A stretch of 63,510 nucleotides of DNA, the filler included, from Olpidium bornovanus S191 (Eukaryota; Fungi; Olpidiomycota), in assembly GCA_017911155.1 (NCBI GenBank). It is 30 parts of 30 records of this genome, joined end to end, with 100 filler letters (N's around TTAATTAATTAA, not from the genome) between each part and the next. Parts side by side here need not be neighbours in the genome. Positions count along the whole stretch, not along the records: positions 33,953 to 36,579 come from JAEFCI010003420.1; positions 36,680 to 38,033 come from JAEFCI010007317.1; positions 38,134 to 39,346 come from JAEFCI010009181.1; positions 39,447 to 46,061 come from JAEFCI010009405.1; positions 46,162 to 48,852 come from JAEFCI010001417.1; 25 more parts are not named here. The stretch is one strand, 5' to 3'. A program made the translations under genes and the position numbers. Positions 34,533-48,852 of this stretch are shown one piece after another (the first letter of the stretch is position 1; each line of letters begins with the position of its first letter). The notes below the pieces were generated by a model. The model did not search any database. It worked only from the letters and a program-made list of their open reading frames with translations, and was not told the origin of the DNA.

Positions 34533-36387
34533 TTGTCCGGAAGCGCGCCTGGTTTGCTCTTCTTGGTCTCGAGGTCCAAACCAAGCAAACCGCGGAAGAT
34601 TGGGCAAAGCGGTCGAGCTCTCGTCACCACGGTTGTAGACTCACGGACCCTTCCATATGGGTCTGACCCTTCACCCTCCTCGATCTTTCTTCCCGGCCTT
34701 GCCTTCGGCACCCCGCGACAAACTCCCGGTCATCTCGTCACGCGGGTCTCCCTGCCTTCCCTCCCCCCCCCCCCCGTCCGCCCTTTTTTTGGTCGTCTTT
34801 GCTACCCGAGTTTGTTCGAATGCGCCGCCTCGGCCGCAACTAAAAAAAAAACGCGTTTTGGGACGCGACGGTCCGCGAACCCGGGGTTTCGCTCGTTTTT
34901 GCTCACCCGGCGGCGCGTTTGGCCCGTTTTGTGATTTCGCGTGGTGGTTTACGGTTTTTTTTTTTCGGCGTTTCCGTTGCCGCCGGAGCCGCTTGAACGC
35001 CGCACGCCTTGGTTTCTTTCCTTTTTCGCAACGTGCGCTCCCGAAGTGGGCTAGGCCCGGTGTGCGCCGGCGGTGTTTACACGCGTTTGGTCGCATCCCA
35101 AAGAAAAACGCGGACACCCACCGCGCGTTCCGAAATTCACAAAAAAAAAACCCCCCCCCCCCGCCCCCCCCCCCCCCCCCCCCCTACCTCGCCACCACAC
35201 ACCGCAGAGCCGTTTTTTTTTTGACTTCCGCGGCAAAGTCGAGCCCGGCTTCGGTGGGGGCCGGGGAAACCCCTTTCTGACCTTCGCGCCTCCCCCGCGC
35301 GGCTCCCCGCTGTCCGTCGGAAAGGTCCTATCCACGACATTCGGTACCGTGACGCTTACGTTTCGGCCTACGACCGCGAACGACGGAATCCGAGCTGGGT
35401 GCGAGCTTTGTTAGTTTTCCGTTACCGGGCGCTTATTTGGAGTGGGAGGAGGTGCGTTTTTTTTTTTTTTTGAGAACCTTCCGTGGTGCTGTTTTCCTGA
35501 CCGCCGAGCTCCCCGGGGAAGACGTTTTCTTAGGTGGTGGAGCGCATAACCAAGGAGGCCCTGCAGCGCAACGACGACGCAGACCGCGCGAAGTCGCAGT
35601 TCGCCGAAGATGTCAGTATTCCGGAGAAATTCAGGGCGTCCCTGAAGGACTACCACAGGTCCGGGTATGACCGAGGTCATCTGGTGCCCGCTGCGGACGC
35701 GAAGATCACTCAGCAGGCAATGGACGAGACCTTCATCCTGACGAACATAACTCCGCAAGTCGGCAAGGGCTTTAACCGCGACTGTGCGTACGCTTGCAGC
35801 GTGGGGCGCCAAACTTTTAGCGTCATCTCACTAACGTTGGCGACGCTTCCCCCATCACCATTCCCTCTTCCCCCTTCCAACACCTCACCACCTCTTCCCC
35901 CTAACCCCGCGATGCCAAACCAAAAAAAAAAGTCTGGGCGCACTTTGAAAACTTCACCCGCAGCCTGGCGCAGACCTTCGCCGAGGTCTACGTGTTCACC
36001 GGCCCGCTGTACCTGCCGGATCCGGTCACCAAGGAGGTGAGGTACAAGACCATCGGGAACGGGGATCCCTCGAGCCTGGTGGCCGTCCCGACGCACTTCT
36101 ACAAAGTCATCCTGGCCGTGGGCGGCCGCGGCGAGCCGCAAGCCATCGGCGGGTTCGTGGTGCCGAACGCGCCGATACAAGACGGCGCGCGCCTGGACGC
36201 GTTCGCCGTGGACGTCGATTACATCGAGCGGGCGTCGGGCCTCGAGTTCTTCGACAGGCTCGACAAGAAGAGAATCGCGCACTTGTGCAAGAAGGTCAAG
36301 TGCGTCGCGATGCCGACAAGGCACCACATCAAACAGCTGGAAGCAGCGGCCGCGGTCAAGAGCTTGCCTGAGATGTCCAGAATATAG
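34533..36387 (+). CDS. NUC1: Mitochondrial endonuclease G / Nuc1
   Basis: GPIHDIRYRDAYVSAYDRERRNPSW|VVERIT...DYHRSGYDRGHLVPAADAK...TFILTNITPQVGKGFNRD|YWAHFENF...VFTGPLYLP...VAVPTHFYKVIL...IERASGLEFF. TAG stop ends at 36387. The 5' exon (before about 35330) is uncertain. Confidence 0.93.
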
Positions 36388-36415
36388 GCCTTGCCATCGC
36401 CGGCCGAGTGAACAC

Positions 36416-36459
<44 letters not shown>

Positions 36460-36529
36460 AAAACCCCATTTTTTTGCAACCGAGAAGAAAGGTCCCTTTT
36501 TTCCCCCTTTCTCCAAAATTTTTCCCCCC

Positions 36530-36561
<32 letters not shown>

Positions 36562-37257
36562 TCCCCGCAGTCAGTCCGCNNNNNNNNNNNNNNNNNNNNN
36601 NNNNNNNNNNNNNNNNNNNNNNNTTAATTAATTAANNNNNNNNNNNNNNNNNNNNNNNNNNNNNNNNNNNNNNNNNNNNACGCAGAATGTGCCTATAAGT
36701 TACCTGGTTCGAGTCTCGCCCAGTTAAGTGCCAAAGACTGCAAGTCAGGAACTGTGTTACCCGGGTGATAACGCGTTAACACCGCCATTGGTCGCCATGG
36801 TCGCCGTGATCGCATGACCATTGAGGAAAGGAAGAAAGGAAGGAAGGTAGGGAGGGCGTTGCGAAGGAAGGGGGGGGGGGGGGGGGGAAGGGGGGGGGGG
36901 GGGGGGTGGTTGGGCGAGCATGGTCAACGGTGTCCATTGTCATCGTGTTTTCCGCTGACATGGTGGCTGACTTTGAACGGTGGTTGCTCCTCAGAGGGTT
37001 GCCAGTTCAAGACGCCTCCTAGCTCGTTCGAAAGGGCCTTTCAAGAGCTTCAAAAGGGCTCCAAGACCACTCAGGTCCGGTCAGCCCTCGCTAAGATCCA
37101 ACAGTTCCACGTGTGGAGTCATGTTCACGTTGACCATGCTTGGAAGGGTCCTAGATGGCATACGTGACGACAGGCGGTTAATCAGAACCATTAAATTTGT
37201 GACTCTTGGAAGGAGGGACGGAGGGAAGGAAGAGGGGGTGGGGCAGCTTTTTTTTGT

Positions 37258-37805
37258 TTTGCGGCCGCCGGATCAAAGGAAGGTGGCGGTGTGGCGGCGG
37301 AAAGTGGCGTTGTGTTGCCGGGTCTGCCCGGTTCTGCCGTATGAAGCGGTAGGGAGGACAATGAAGTAGTGTGGCGGCTGACCGGGCGCTGACACCCTTC
37401 GTTCTTTCCTCCCTTCCTTCCTCCTCCCTACCTTCTTTCCCTTCTTCCTTGCCTCCTTCCCTTCTTCCTTCCTTCCTTCCTTCCTTCCTTCCTCCCTCCC
37501 TTCCTTCCTTGCTGGCATTGCTCGCGGTCGGCATTTTTTTTTTTGCGACCGCCGGCGTACCTTAAATTTTTCTTTTCCTTTTTTTTTGCGGTCGTCGGAG
37601 TCTTTTTTTTTTGCGGCCGCCAAAAGGAAGGAAGGGGTGACGGCGGAAGGTGCCGTTGTGCCAGGTCTGCCCGGTTCCCCCCAATGTAACGGTATGGAGG
37701 ACAGGGGAGGTGTGTGGCAGCTGACCGGTTCCTGCCGCCCTTTCTTCCTTACCTCCTGTCCTTCCATCCTTCTTTCCTTCCTTCCCCCTTCCTTTCGTTC
37801 CTTGC
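37258..37805. repeat. Diverged direct repeat pair, period about 345-350 bp, each copy ending in a (CCTT)n-like tract
   Basis: Shared anchors: TTTGCGGCCGCC (37258/37610), GGTCTGCCCGGTTC (37321/37664) and GTGTGGC.GCTGACCGG (37369/37712). Confidence 0.8.
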
Positions 37806-38133
37806 ATCGCGCGCGGCCGGGTTTAGAACACCACGGTGCTCGTCACCAGCTTTAGACATGATTTGGGCAAGGAATGATACCGCAGTTGTGATGCCCGGTT
37901 GAGTTTGCGTAGCATGGAATTTTTTTCTTTAAGAAGTGTGGCGTACCGCGCGCGTTCGGCCTCTGGAGCGTTACTGGTACGCAGACAAAGTAAACCAATG
38001 CCAGAGTTACCCTGGTATTTACCGTAAAATCGGNNNNNNNNNNNNNNNNNNNNNNNNNNNNNNNNNNNNNNNNNNNNTTAATTAATTAANNNNNNNNNNN
38101 NNNNNNNNNNNNNNNNNNNNNNNNNNNNNNNNN

Positions 38134-39293
<1,160 letters not shown>

Positions 39294-39866
39294 GTAGGTC
39301 CCGAATTGCCGAAAACATCAGCTCCGACGAGAACGTGGATTTTGCGNNNNNNNNNNNNNNNNNNNNNNNNNNNNNNNNNNNNNNNNNNNNTTAATTAATT
39401 AANNNNNNNNNNNNNNNNNNNNNNNNNNNNNNNNNNNNNNNNNNNNCCCCCCCCCCCAATTCCCGGCGAGGGACGAGAGTTTCTGAATTGCGAACAGCGA
39501 ACGGCCGCGCCCGCGTCGAGAGCGCGTCAAATTATATTTGCGTCGGCCTAAGCCGACGCCACGTACGGTATTGTGAATTGGACAACGAGAACGGCCAATT
39601 TTTTCATAACGCGTCCATCGAGCAAAGCGGCCCTCCAAGAACTGCGGGGGTTTTTGCCCGGCAGAACAAAAGAAAAAACAAGGTCTTCTCCGAGGGACGA
39701 TCTCGTTGCCAAGACAAAAGAAAAAAGGAGCAGCCGACTATTTTACAGCGTCGCGATAACCTCGTGCAGGCAGCCCGTGTCCGACGCAGCCGTCATCAGG
39801 TATTATGCAAGATAGCAATTTTTTATCTTCCAATGTCGCAATGTAAGGAAAAAAAGCGAGATGCCC

Positions 39867-41503
39867 TCAGCTTGCAGATGTGTAAAAATATATTCCTTCC
39901 CAGAGGGGTTGGTAATCGCGGATTATGCCTGTCGGTGCCCAACGCGATTTGAGGGTGCAGCCGGCGTTAGCGCGCGCGCGACCGTTCGCGACCGACAGCG
40001 TGACCACGAATATCGCTGCATCGGCACCGTACCGGCAAAAAGCGATATTAGCGGCTTCCGTCTCGCAGATTCGCAGAACCTGTCCAGATGTTCCCTGTGT
40101 GCAAAAGCGACAAGGTAAGCCGCTGCGAAGTGCTGATGAACGAGACGCAGACCAAAACGGGGGGGGGGGAAGAGGAAGGAATCGGCAATCTAGAACACCC
40201 TGCGTCTGCTAGACGTCACCTCGTAAACTTCTCGTAGAAAGGGTTTCGCAGCAGGTACCACAGGTACGCCCATTTCCTCCTCTTCATCTCATCTTTTTCC
40301 AGCGTCGTCATACGTTCCTTGCCCTTCGTGCCGAGGCCCCACGCGTGAAGGGTCCTGCTCCACGATTCGAAGACGAGGCTGAGCAGCCACGGCCGCCAGC
40401 TGGCGGTTCCGTACCGGCAGACGGCGAGGGCGTAGAGCAGCGGGCGCAAAATGTACAGCAGCTCCGCTAAGGCGCGCGTGCTGCACGCGGGTTGCGGAGG
40501 AACGAGGTCCCGGGCGGGGAGCGCCGCGTCCACAGTAAGGATCTTTGACAGGACGTAGGCCGTGACGTCCGACGGCGAAGGGAGGCCCCAGGAAGAGGTG
40601 CGGGAAGGCGGCGACGCCACGCTGGAAATACTCCTGCGGACCAAGCCTGTGCGTTTACCCCGCCAGGTGCCGGGCACGCCGTCCGAGCAGGCTGTAGGCG
40701 GCGACGTCGGATCAGACACGGCGACCGACTCCGGGTCCACGTCCCTCTCCGGCCACACCCCTTGAAGAAGCATCCTCCGGCCGTTCATCCTGAAAAGTAT
40801 AAGCCGGATAGACGTCCTGTAACCAGAAAAAGGTTGGGGTGGAACGTATGGGCACGCACGGTTAACAAAACGGTGTTCAGCAGCTGACTCCGGCGAACGG
40901 CTCGATTTCCGGCTCGCCTGTAAGTCCCGCAGCGACCTCCACGGCCTTCTAGAACGAAGCCCCGGCGGCTCCGTCATTATTCTTTTTTTTTTCCCCCGTT
41001 CCCCTCCCCTCCCTTACTTGAGTGTCTCTATTGCCAGCACGGCCTTCCACCGCCCGCGGTCGCCCCACATCCTCTTCGCCGCCATCTCCGCGAGCACCTG
41101 CGTGGCCTGCACCAGGGTCAGCGCCAGGGCGAGTTTTCTGTACATCGCCGAGGTCTCCAGGAGCTTCCGCGTGTACCTGTTGTACACGCCCTGGCCGGGC
41201 TTCAACGCCGCGGCGTTCTCCGCCGCCGCCGTCGCGAGGCGCGCCGTGCCCTTCCGCAGGGCCTCCAGGATGATCCTGTCATGGTACAGCCCCAGGAGGT
41301 TCAGTGCCGCGAAGACTTTTTGCATCGGAACCGACGGGAGAGCGGGGACACCAACGGTGAGGGGACGCGGGAGCGGGGGTGTTAGCCGAGGGCAGTCGCG
41401 GGGCATTCCGCGGAATGACGACCAACCGAAACTTGGTGTGAAGAAGGCGAGATCTTTCCGCGGTGTGGGGTGCAGGGGGGGTGGGAGGGGGGGGGGGGGG
41501 GGG

Positions 41504-41535
<32 letters not shown>

Positions 41536-41753
41536 TAGAGATAGAGAGGTAGAGGGGCCAACGGCCGACGACACTCGGCACGGGGTCACGCACGGCACTC
41601 GGAAGCCAGCTCCGCGTCGTGGAACCTCCCGGGCAGAATGTAGGTTACTGAGCGGAGCGTGCTCTCCACGGACGCGACGCGGTGCGCGTTCTTGAGGATG
41701 AACCCCTGGTAGGCCGCAGGCGGCAGCAGCGGACGCCCCCGCAGAGGCGCCAT
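39867..41753 (-). CDS. PEX16: Peroxisomal membrane protein Pex16 (apparently complete)
   Basis: YQGFILKNAHRVASVESTLRSVTYILPGRFHDAELASE; LNLLGLYHDRII; LAEMAAKRMWGDRGRWKAVLAIETLK; AELLYILRPLLYA...SWRPWLLSL; LEKDEMKRR...WYLLRNPFYEKFTR; last exon GIIRDYQPLWEGIYFYTSAS*. Confidence 0.93.
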
Positions 41754-41763
41754 GGGCCGTTTG

Positions 41764-41796
<33 letters not shown>

Positions 41797-41797
41797 G

Positions 41798-41857
<60 letters not shown>

Positions 41858-41861
41858 CCCG

Positions 41862-41910
<49 letters not shown>

Positions 41911-42511
41911 GCCACTGCGGGGTGGAGCAGCTCGCGGCGCAAATTCTTCTTTTTAAAAAAGAAAATTGGCATGCATCTATTTTACGTAAGGTTCCCCAAC
42001 AAAATGCATTTGAAACTTCTCTTCGCGTTCTGCAAGTTCGAACGGCGGCTTTTCTCGGCAGGCCGCTTCTTCCTCTTTCTTTTTTTTTTTCCTTTTTTCT
42101 TTTTTCTTTTTTCTTTTCCGCAAATCCACCTTGTCAGATGCGAGAGATGCACTCGAGTTCACGCCCCCCGTTTGACCTGGGTGACTCGCCGGAATGCGCC
42201 GGGAGTTTTCCCGGAACGAAGTCTGTTTCTGACCAAACCACCCCCGCTTCTCGATCTTGCCGGCTTCCGGGATCTGCTTTCTGATTCCGGAAAGAAAGAA
42301 GACGGCGTGTGCGTCCGCGGCTCCTGTCGGAGGGGCCCGCGATCGCTTTCCTCTCTCTCTCTCTCTGTCACTCTGTCACTCTCAATCCCTCTCTCTCTCT
42401 CTCTCTCTCTGCGCGCCCGCGGCCCTCTTTCTCTCCCCCGCGCGCCGTCCCCGCGCTTTTGGAAAGAGAGAGAGAGAGAGAGAGAGGTCGAACAGAAAAA
42501 GAACTTTCGAA

Positions 42512-44070
42512 ATGTCCGCCCCCGTCCGCCACACTTGGCGGGCCGCCGTCGTGCAGTTCTGCGCCACGGCGGACGCGGCGGCCAATTTGGAGACCTGCCG
42601 CGGCTTGCTGCGCGCGGCAAAGGGCCAGGGCGCCGAGTTCGCCTTCTTCCCCGAGGCGAGCGACTTCGTGTCGCCCTCGAACGCCGACGCCGTCCGCCTC
42701 GCCCACCAGGCCGCCGGAGGGTTCCTCGCCGGCCTGGCGGACGAGGCGAAGCGCCTCGGCGTGTGGGTCGGCGTCGGAGTGCACGAGAAGGTAGCCGGGG
42801 GGCGCCGTGTTTCTTCCGCCCCGCGCGAGAGCCCGTTGCCGCCGGGCTTTTGTGTTCGCGCGGAGAAGGAGAATGAAGGGTGGACGAGGGAGAGGACGGG
42901 GAGGGAGGGCGCAGCGCTCGCGGTCGTTGCCGTCCTGATGGCGTCGCGTCCATTTCGACTCCTGCGCGGCCGGCAGGCCGCGTATGTAAAGCAGCGCGCC
43001 GAGCTGAACGCCCGCTTTCGTCGTCGCCCCACGACAGAGCTCCGACCCCGCGCGGGTTTACAACAGCCATATGCTCATCTCCGGAACAACCGGTGAGGAA
43101 AAAGCGGAGCTTGTCGCAACCCGGACGTTGTCTTCGGTCGGTTCCGGGATTTCTCCGATGTTCACAAAACCCGCGCCCCGGTCGTCCGACCATTCCCGCA
43201 GGCACCGTCACCGCTGCTTATCGGAAACTACACCTCTTTGACGTGGTAAGTTTTTTGCGCGCCGCAGCAATTCTACTAAAAGGGCGGCAGATCCCTTTTC
43301 CCTCACTTTGCCCACATGCGGTGCTTCGTGAAGGCAGGATATTGAAGGCGGGCCGCGCCTGGTGGAAAGCGACTCCACGGCGCGCGGAGAATCCATTGTT
43401 GACCCCGTTCCAACGCCCTTTGGCAATATCGGTTTGGCAATTTGCTATGGTAAGCGGGACGTGACGCTGTCCGCTTTTCGTTGTGCCGTGCCGAGCGATT
43501 ATGCTGAGCACTCCAGTCCGCCGAATCCGAAGACCTCCGCTTCCCCGAACTCTCGCAAGCCTTGCGAAGGCGAGGCGCACACGTCCTTGCGTATCCGTCC
43601 GCCTTCACCGTTGCCACTGGGGAAGCGCATTGGGAGGCGCTGCTCCGGGCGCGGGCAATCGAGACGCAGACATATGTGATCGCCGCCGCGCAGTCAGGCA
43701 AGCACAATGAGAAACGCGAGAGTTACGGGAACGCCATGGTAAGTCGATGTGGTGTTATATATCTCTGGTGTTGACCACAGCGGGCATCCCCGGGGCAAAG
43801 CCGATTCCTCAACTTATGAGTGGATTACTCGTTTAGATATGCGACCCGTGGGGCAGGATCGTCGCTTCCTGCCCGGCAAGAGGGACGGCGCCCTCGGTCG
43901 CGGTTGCAGATATCAGCTACGCGGAGCTCGACCGCGTCCGTCGGGCGATGACAGTGCTCCAGCACAGGAGGGTCGACATATTTCCCGAGCCTGTTCCCGT
44001 TTCAAAGACGACCGTCGGCGTAGCCGAGGGAGATTCGTGTTCTCTGAGGTCCTCTGGTGATCATGTTTAG
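42512..44070 (+). CDS. NIT1: Nitrilase-family amidase, Nit1 (deaminated glutathione amidase) type (complete)
   Basis: AAVVQFCAT...FFPEASDF (Glu); YRKLHLFDV (Lys); GLAICY|DLRFPEL (Cys); [45 protein letters not shown]; DPWG. TAG stop. Confidence 0.93.
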
Positions 44071-44251
44071 CAGCTGAAGAAAACGGTTGCCCGCGTGATT
44101 TCTGAGTGCCCTTGCCCGACAACTGTACGTGTAGGCAGAAGAAGTAGTGAGCGCCGAGTGCGCGCTTACTTTTTAAGAATTAACATAAGCGGAACCCACG
44201 TGCCGTGGCCTGTGCCGTCGCGCAGCCGCTGTAAGGGGCGCCAGGTGGCGG

Positions 44252-45018
44252 TTACGACCGCATTTCCGTGTCTTCCCCTGCCGGCGGAAAGCCGCAGTAC
44301 GCGGCGAACTCGTCCGGAAACGTGTTTTGCAGCTCTGTCTCCAGCACTTCCCTGAAAGTCTTTTTTTTGCAGAGCGGACACCCGAAGGCGTCGAGAAAAA
44401 CAGTTTTCACTTCAGCAAGCGGAAAATCCGGCAGCTAGTAAACCGATCAGTGCCCCGCGTGCCAATCTCACCTCAAGCGCCCACACCTTGCCGCACATAA
44501 ATTGGTTCTCGGATGCCGTCCGCTGAACCAGTTCTCTGGTGAACGTTTCGTAGTTTTTTCCTTCGTCGATCCACCTGAGGGAACCCAAAGGCGGTGAGAA
44601 AGCGGCGTCCAACGGCAAATGAAAACGAGGAAACTCTGGAAGACTTGTATATCATGTCCTCTGCACGCACGTAACGAGATCCAGCGGAACGTATGTCCCA
44701 GAGGTTCCGTTCTTCAGCCCGTCCAAGTCCGCGAGGCAATCTACCAAGTTGTTGCTAACGAGGCCCAAAACCGGGAAGCGACCCCCGGGGTCAGCGGACG
44801 CGTTCCTCGAAGCTCTTGGACACGTCGAAGGAGCCGCGGGTCGCTCGGCCGGCGACGGAGAACAGCACGCGGACTTACGCCAACTGCAGCGCCGTTTCGG
44901 CCATCTCCGGTTCGTACTGGAGCGCGGTCCGGCCCAGCGAAGTGACCGTGTTGATGAGCTCCTGAACCTTCGCCGCCGCAGCGGCGTTTGCGGCCGAAGG
45001 AACCGGCGCACCGCTCAT
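44252..45018 (-). CDS. MED10: Mediator subunit Med10/Nut2 (complete, 4 exons)
   Basis: Spliced: KVQELINTVTSLGRTALQYEP...|NNLVDCLADLDGLK...YVPLDLVT|WIDEGKNYETFTRELVQRTASENQFMCGKVWALE|TFREVLETELQNTFPDEFAAY. This fits the Med10 pattern VP.E...YID.GRNP..YTRE...NQ..KGK..A...FR..L..E...FPE. All introns are GT-AG and in frame. Confidence 0.85.
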
Positions 45019-45996
45019 TTGCGATCCTGCGCGCTCCGAAAGCGGGGTGTAGAGCGAGAGCCACCTGCCCTTTTCTTCTTTTCCACCGGAGAAAGTCGCA
45101 GCTCCCAAACGGAGGGCCGCGTCGACCGTTTTTTCCCGGGAGCCCCGGGGGGGAGGAGCGGGAAGCGCGGCGTGATTCTCGCGGGCCTCCGTTTTGCGCT
45201 GGGAGGGAAGGACAGGAAAAAACCACGTGATGTCGCGTGATTCTCGCTTGGGGCGGTTGTCCGGCCGACTGGCCCCCACCCCCCCCCCCCACCCCCAGTC
45301 GCACGCAAGACACACAGAAGGCAACTGCCGTCCGCGGCTGGGCGATGGCGCACTGTCCCAAAGTAGCTTGTTACGCCGCTGCTCTGTTTATTCATGGAAC
45401 GAGAGAAACCGGCCCGCAAACTACGCCGAGCATGCGGGGGACCACGCTGCAGGACCCCGTGGAGGGCAGGGAGAAATAATTTTGTGCGGCGGCCGTGATG
45501 CGGGGGGGGAGGGGCAAAGTATAGTTTTGGCATTGCAAAAGTAATTCTCCGTCACTCGTTTTTCGTTTGCACGTACTGTGCGCAGGGGGGTGGGTAACAG
45601 AAGGCCAGTTTGGTGCATTGCAAGAAAAGGTTGGGGAGGGGGGGGAGAAAATGATGAATGTTCCGAATGCGATAAAACACGTCCAGAAAACCCTTTGCGA
45701 AGGTGCCCTCTGCGCTCTCTCTCGTTTTTGTCGCCGCCGGGCAAGATCTTAAAGCCGGCGGCGGCGGAGAGGATCCCGGGACCATCAAGCCGCGTCCCTC
45801 TCGGCCGGCGCGCAGCCCTTTCTGCTGACGTGCGGGGAGCTCAAAAGATCACGCCGGCTCGGCTCAAAAAAACGGCCCGGCCGCCTGGACGGTACCGGAG
45901 CGCTTCGTAATGCGGCAAAAAAAAAAAAAAAAAAAAAAAACGCGTCGGCGCCGTCCCTCGCGTAACAAGGAGAGGACCGGCCGGACGCCACAACCC

Positions 45997-46061
<65 letters not shown>

Positions 46062-47078
46062 NNNNNNNNNNNNNNNNNNNNNNNNNNNNNNNNNNNNNNN
46101 NNNNNTTAATTAATTAANNNNNNNNNNNNNNNNNNNNNNNNNNNNNNNNNNNNNNNNNNNNGGAGACTTGTCTCCAGGCGGTTTCTTGTTTATCCTTGCG
46201 TTCTCTAGTCCTCGTCAAGCTCGTCATCCTCGAATGTCCCCGTCATCACCCGCGCCTCACTGACGGGATACACTCCGGCATGCGCGGGGCCGGACGCGGA
46301 AATTTGCGCTTGCTACCCGTCGTTGCAACTCCTCGTTTTCGTTCCCTTTGCTATCTTGCGGTTCTAGCTAGTCACGTGCCCTGCCTCCGCCAGTAGAAAG
46401 AAGGGCCGCGAGAAATAAACTTACTCCTCTTCAGGGGCAACGAAAACACGCCAAAGAAGAGGCAAACGAAGAGCTTTGGCGATCGTGCAACGTTAACCGC
46501 CTACGTGACCGTTAGCGCCGTCGATCGGGTCTTCGCTCGTCTGCTCGTCAGCCTGTGCACCCTCCCCTAGCCTGATGATAGGGCAGCAAGTTAACACGTA
46601 TCTCAATCCCGGTGTGTCGAATTCTTCGACAACGTACGATGGGAGGTCTTCCCCTAATACCACCCAAACCACCATGTTTCACACGGCCAACGTGCAAGGA
46701 TCCAGAAAACCCGCACCGCAAAATCTCGGGCGCGCGTGTGCGCGTGTGTCCGTGTGTGTTGGTGCAGGGGTGCGTGTACAGCAAGTCCAACTACGAGATC
46801 TGCGCACAAGGCGCCTTCTGGAAGTTACACTCTGTGGGCGCCCCACAAATGATTAAATCGCCACTCAGCCTTCCGAAGCACGTCCTGAGGCCAAGCATGG
46901 CCGGCCGGATGCTTTTGTTACACAATACTCTCGCCGTCGACGTGAAGAGCGGTTTAGAACGATTTGTGCCGTCCGACAACAAAAAGTATACACCCCCTCG
47001 CAGGTAAATAATGGGAAACGGGCGAATATTGTCTATTGTGGTCTTTCTCTTTTTTTGACATTCGAGGGCCTCACGCGC

Positions 47079-48852
47079 TTAGCCAATGGCCTTCGAGTGA
47101 GGCAACCGCCACAGCTTCGGCGAAAGGCCTGGAAGACATATGGGTTTGCAAATGAAAACACCAGCGGGACGTGTCGAATCACGGGGGGGAAAGGTCAGCG
47201 ATTTTGGCAAACACGACAGACCTCCCCCAGCAATAACTAACAGAGATCCCGTTCGAGCAAACCCAGCCGCGCGGAAAACCCACTTTCCGCTTTCTTGATC
47301 TGCGGCCTGATGAAAGTGAACAGCAACAAGGTTCCCAGGCTGACGCAGAACACACCGACGGTGTAGTAACCGTCACGCAGCACGTTGCAATCGCCGGCCA
47401 GTTCGCTGCACCGTTGCTTGCCGCCCTGTGTGTTGCAGTAGAGCACTAACACCCCGGCCATAAACGTATCAACCAGCCGGCCACAGGGTCGCCTGCCGAT
47501 AACCCGTGGTCTCGTACCTTCGCCGCCAGGGAGGGGAACAGAACACTCGGCGTCCGTGAGGTAGTCCACAGCTTCGAGGACGAAGAACCTCGGCCAGGTC
47601 CCGCCAAAATTGCTAAATGTGTTTAGCAGCTGCGACGTAAACGGACTCGGGGGGTAAACACCGAACCGAGGATTGAATCAAGGACGTCAAGCGCTCCGGT
47701 TCAGCGGCAATCTCCCAGCGGGCAGGCTCACCGTCATGTAGGTCCCGCCAATAACTGGGTCTGCGATGCCGTTGAAAAAGGCTCCCATGCTCACGAACTG
47801 GACGGTGCTGACGTGCCAACCAGGCCGCAGGATCCAACAAATTATTGACATCGGCATCCATCTGCACCTACTTGACCCAGCGATACCGTACACATTCCTT
47901 ACCTCGTAAACGAGTTAAGCACGGTCAACGTCATCACAAGGGCGAAGTACGAATTCGTGACACCGTCTGACGGGTATGCGGAAACGACCACCATCCCGAC
48001 AGCCGCAAAAAACAGGCGCCCATAAAACCCGTAAAGCCACTGGGAGCAGAAAAATTATGGTTAAAATAAGCCGAAAGAATTTAACAAACGCCTATGCACC
48101 GAGCCTCACTGGTCGAAGCGGCCTTTTGCCACTGCTCCACTTGGCCGCGTAGTATCCAAACAACAACTGGAAAGGAAAGTCGATGAGCACGGCCAGTGCG
48201 AGATCCTCCTTGCTCAGCCCTTTCTCCAGGAGCTTCAAGCCAGTGACAGCCTCGTTCGCGATGAAGCCAATCTTCGATGACAGGAGGACCAGAATGAATT
48301 TATACATGTCTGCAGAGAAGGAAGCAGCGAAACCCCAACAAAAGGCCGTTGTTTGTACCGTTATATGATCAACGATAGAAACGTCCGAGAAAAAAAAACC
48401 CCGAAAACGGAAGCTCACGGGGGAGCCGGACAATGTTGACGATAGTCCTGTACACAGGTAACACGCCCATGTCTTCGTGCGGCTTTGGCGCCTCCTGCAT
48501 GGGAGACCGTCGTTGTCGACTCAAAATGAGCGATCGACTGACCCACACGGTTGCAAAGTGCAAAAACGGGGAGTATGGGCAGCGACCGTACCTCGTGCTC
48601 GAAAAATATAAGCCAGGCAGTCACCAATAAATACATGACCGCCCAGAATTTGAGGTAGCCGCCAAGGGGGAGGACGCCAACGTCGTACGGTACGTCGCGT
48701 ATGTACTTGTTGCTGCGTTACAAGACGCCGTCAGCCACTACCGGCAGAGCCCCGAGCGGTACAATTCGCAAATTTTCCATCAACCAAATATCGAGAAGTG
48801 CTTCTCACCAGAATTCAGGAGAGTTCAGTGCGAGAAACACCGTAAATGACAA
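47079..48852 (-). CDS. SLC33A1: Acetyl-CoA transporter 1 (SLC33A1/AT-1 family), C-terminal two-thirds
   Basis: FTVFLALNSPEF; KIGFIANEAVTGLKLLEKGLSKEDLALAVLIDFPFQ; STVQFVSMGAFFNGIADPVIGGTYMT|LLNTFSNFGGTWPRFFVL; CNVLRDGYY; ends SLSPKLWRLPHSKAIG*. Confidence 0.94.

Noticed and set aside
46500-47007. Exon-like plus-strand frames (NYEICAQGAFWKLHSVGAP...) converging on the acetyl-CoA transporter
   Set aside because: Several frames look equally plausible and none has a recognisable motif. Left uncalled.
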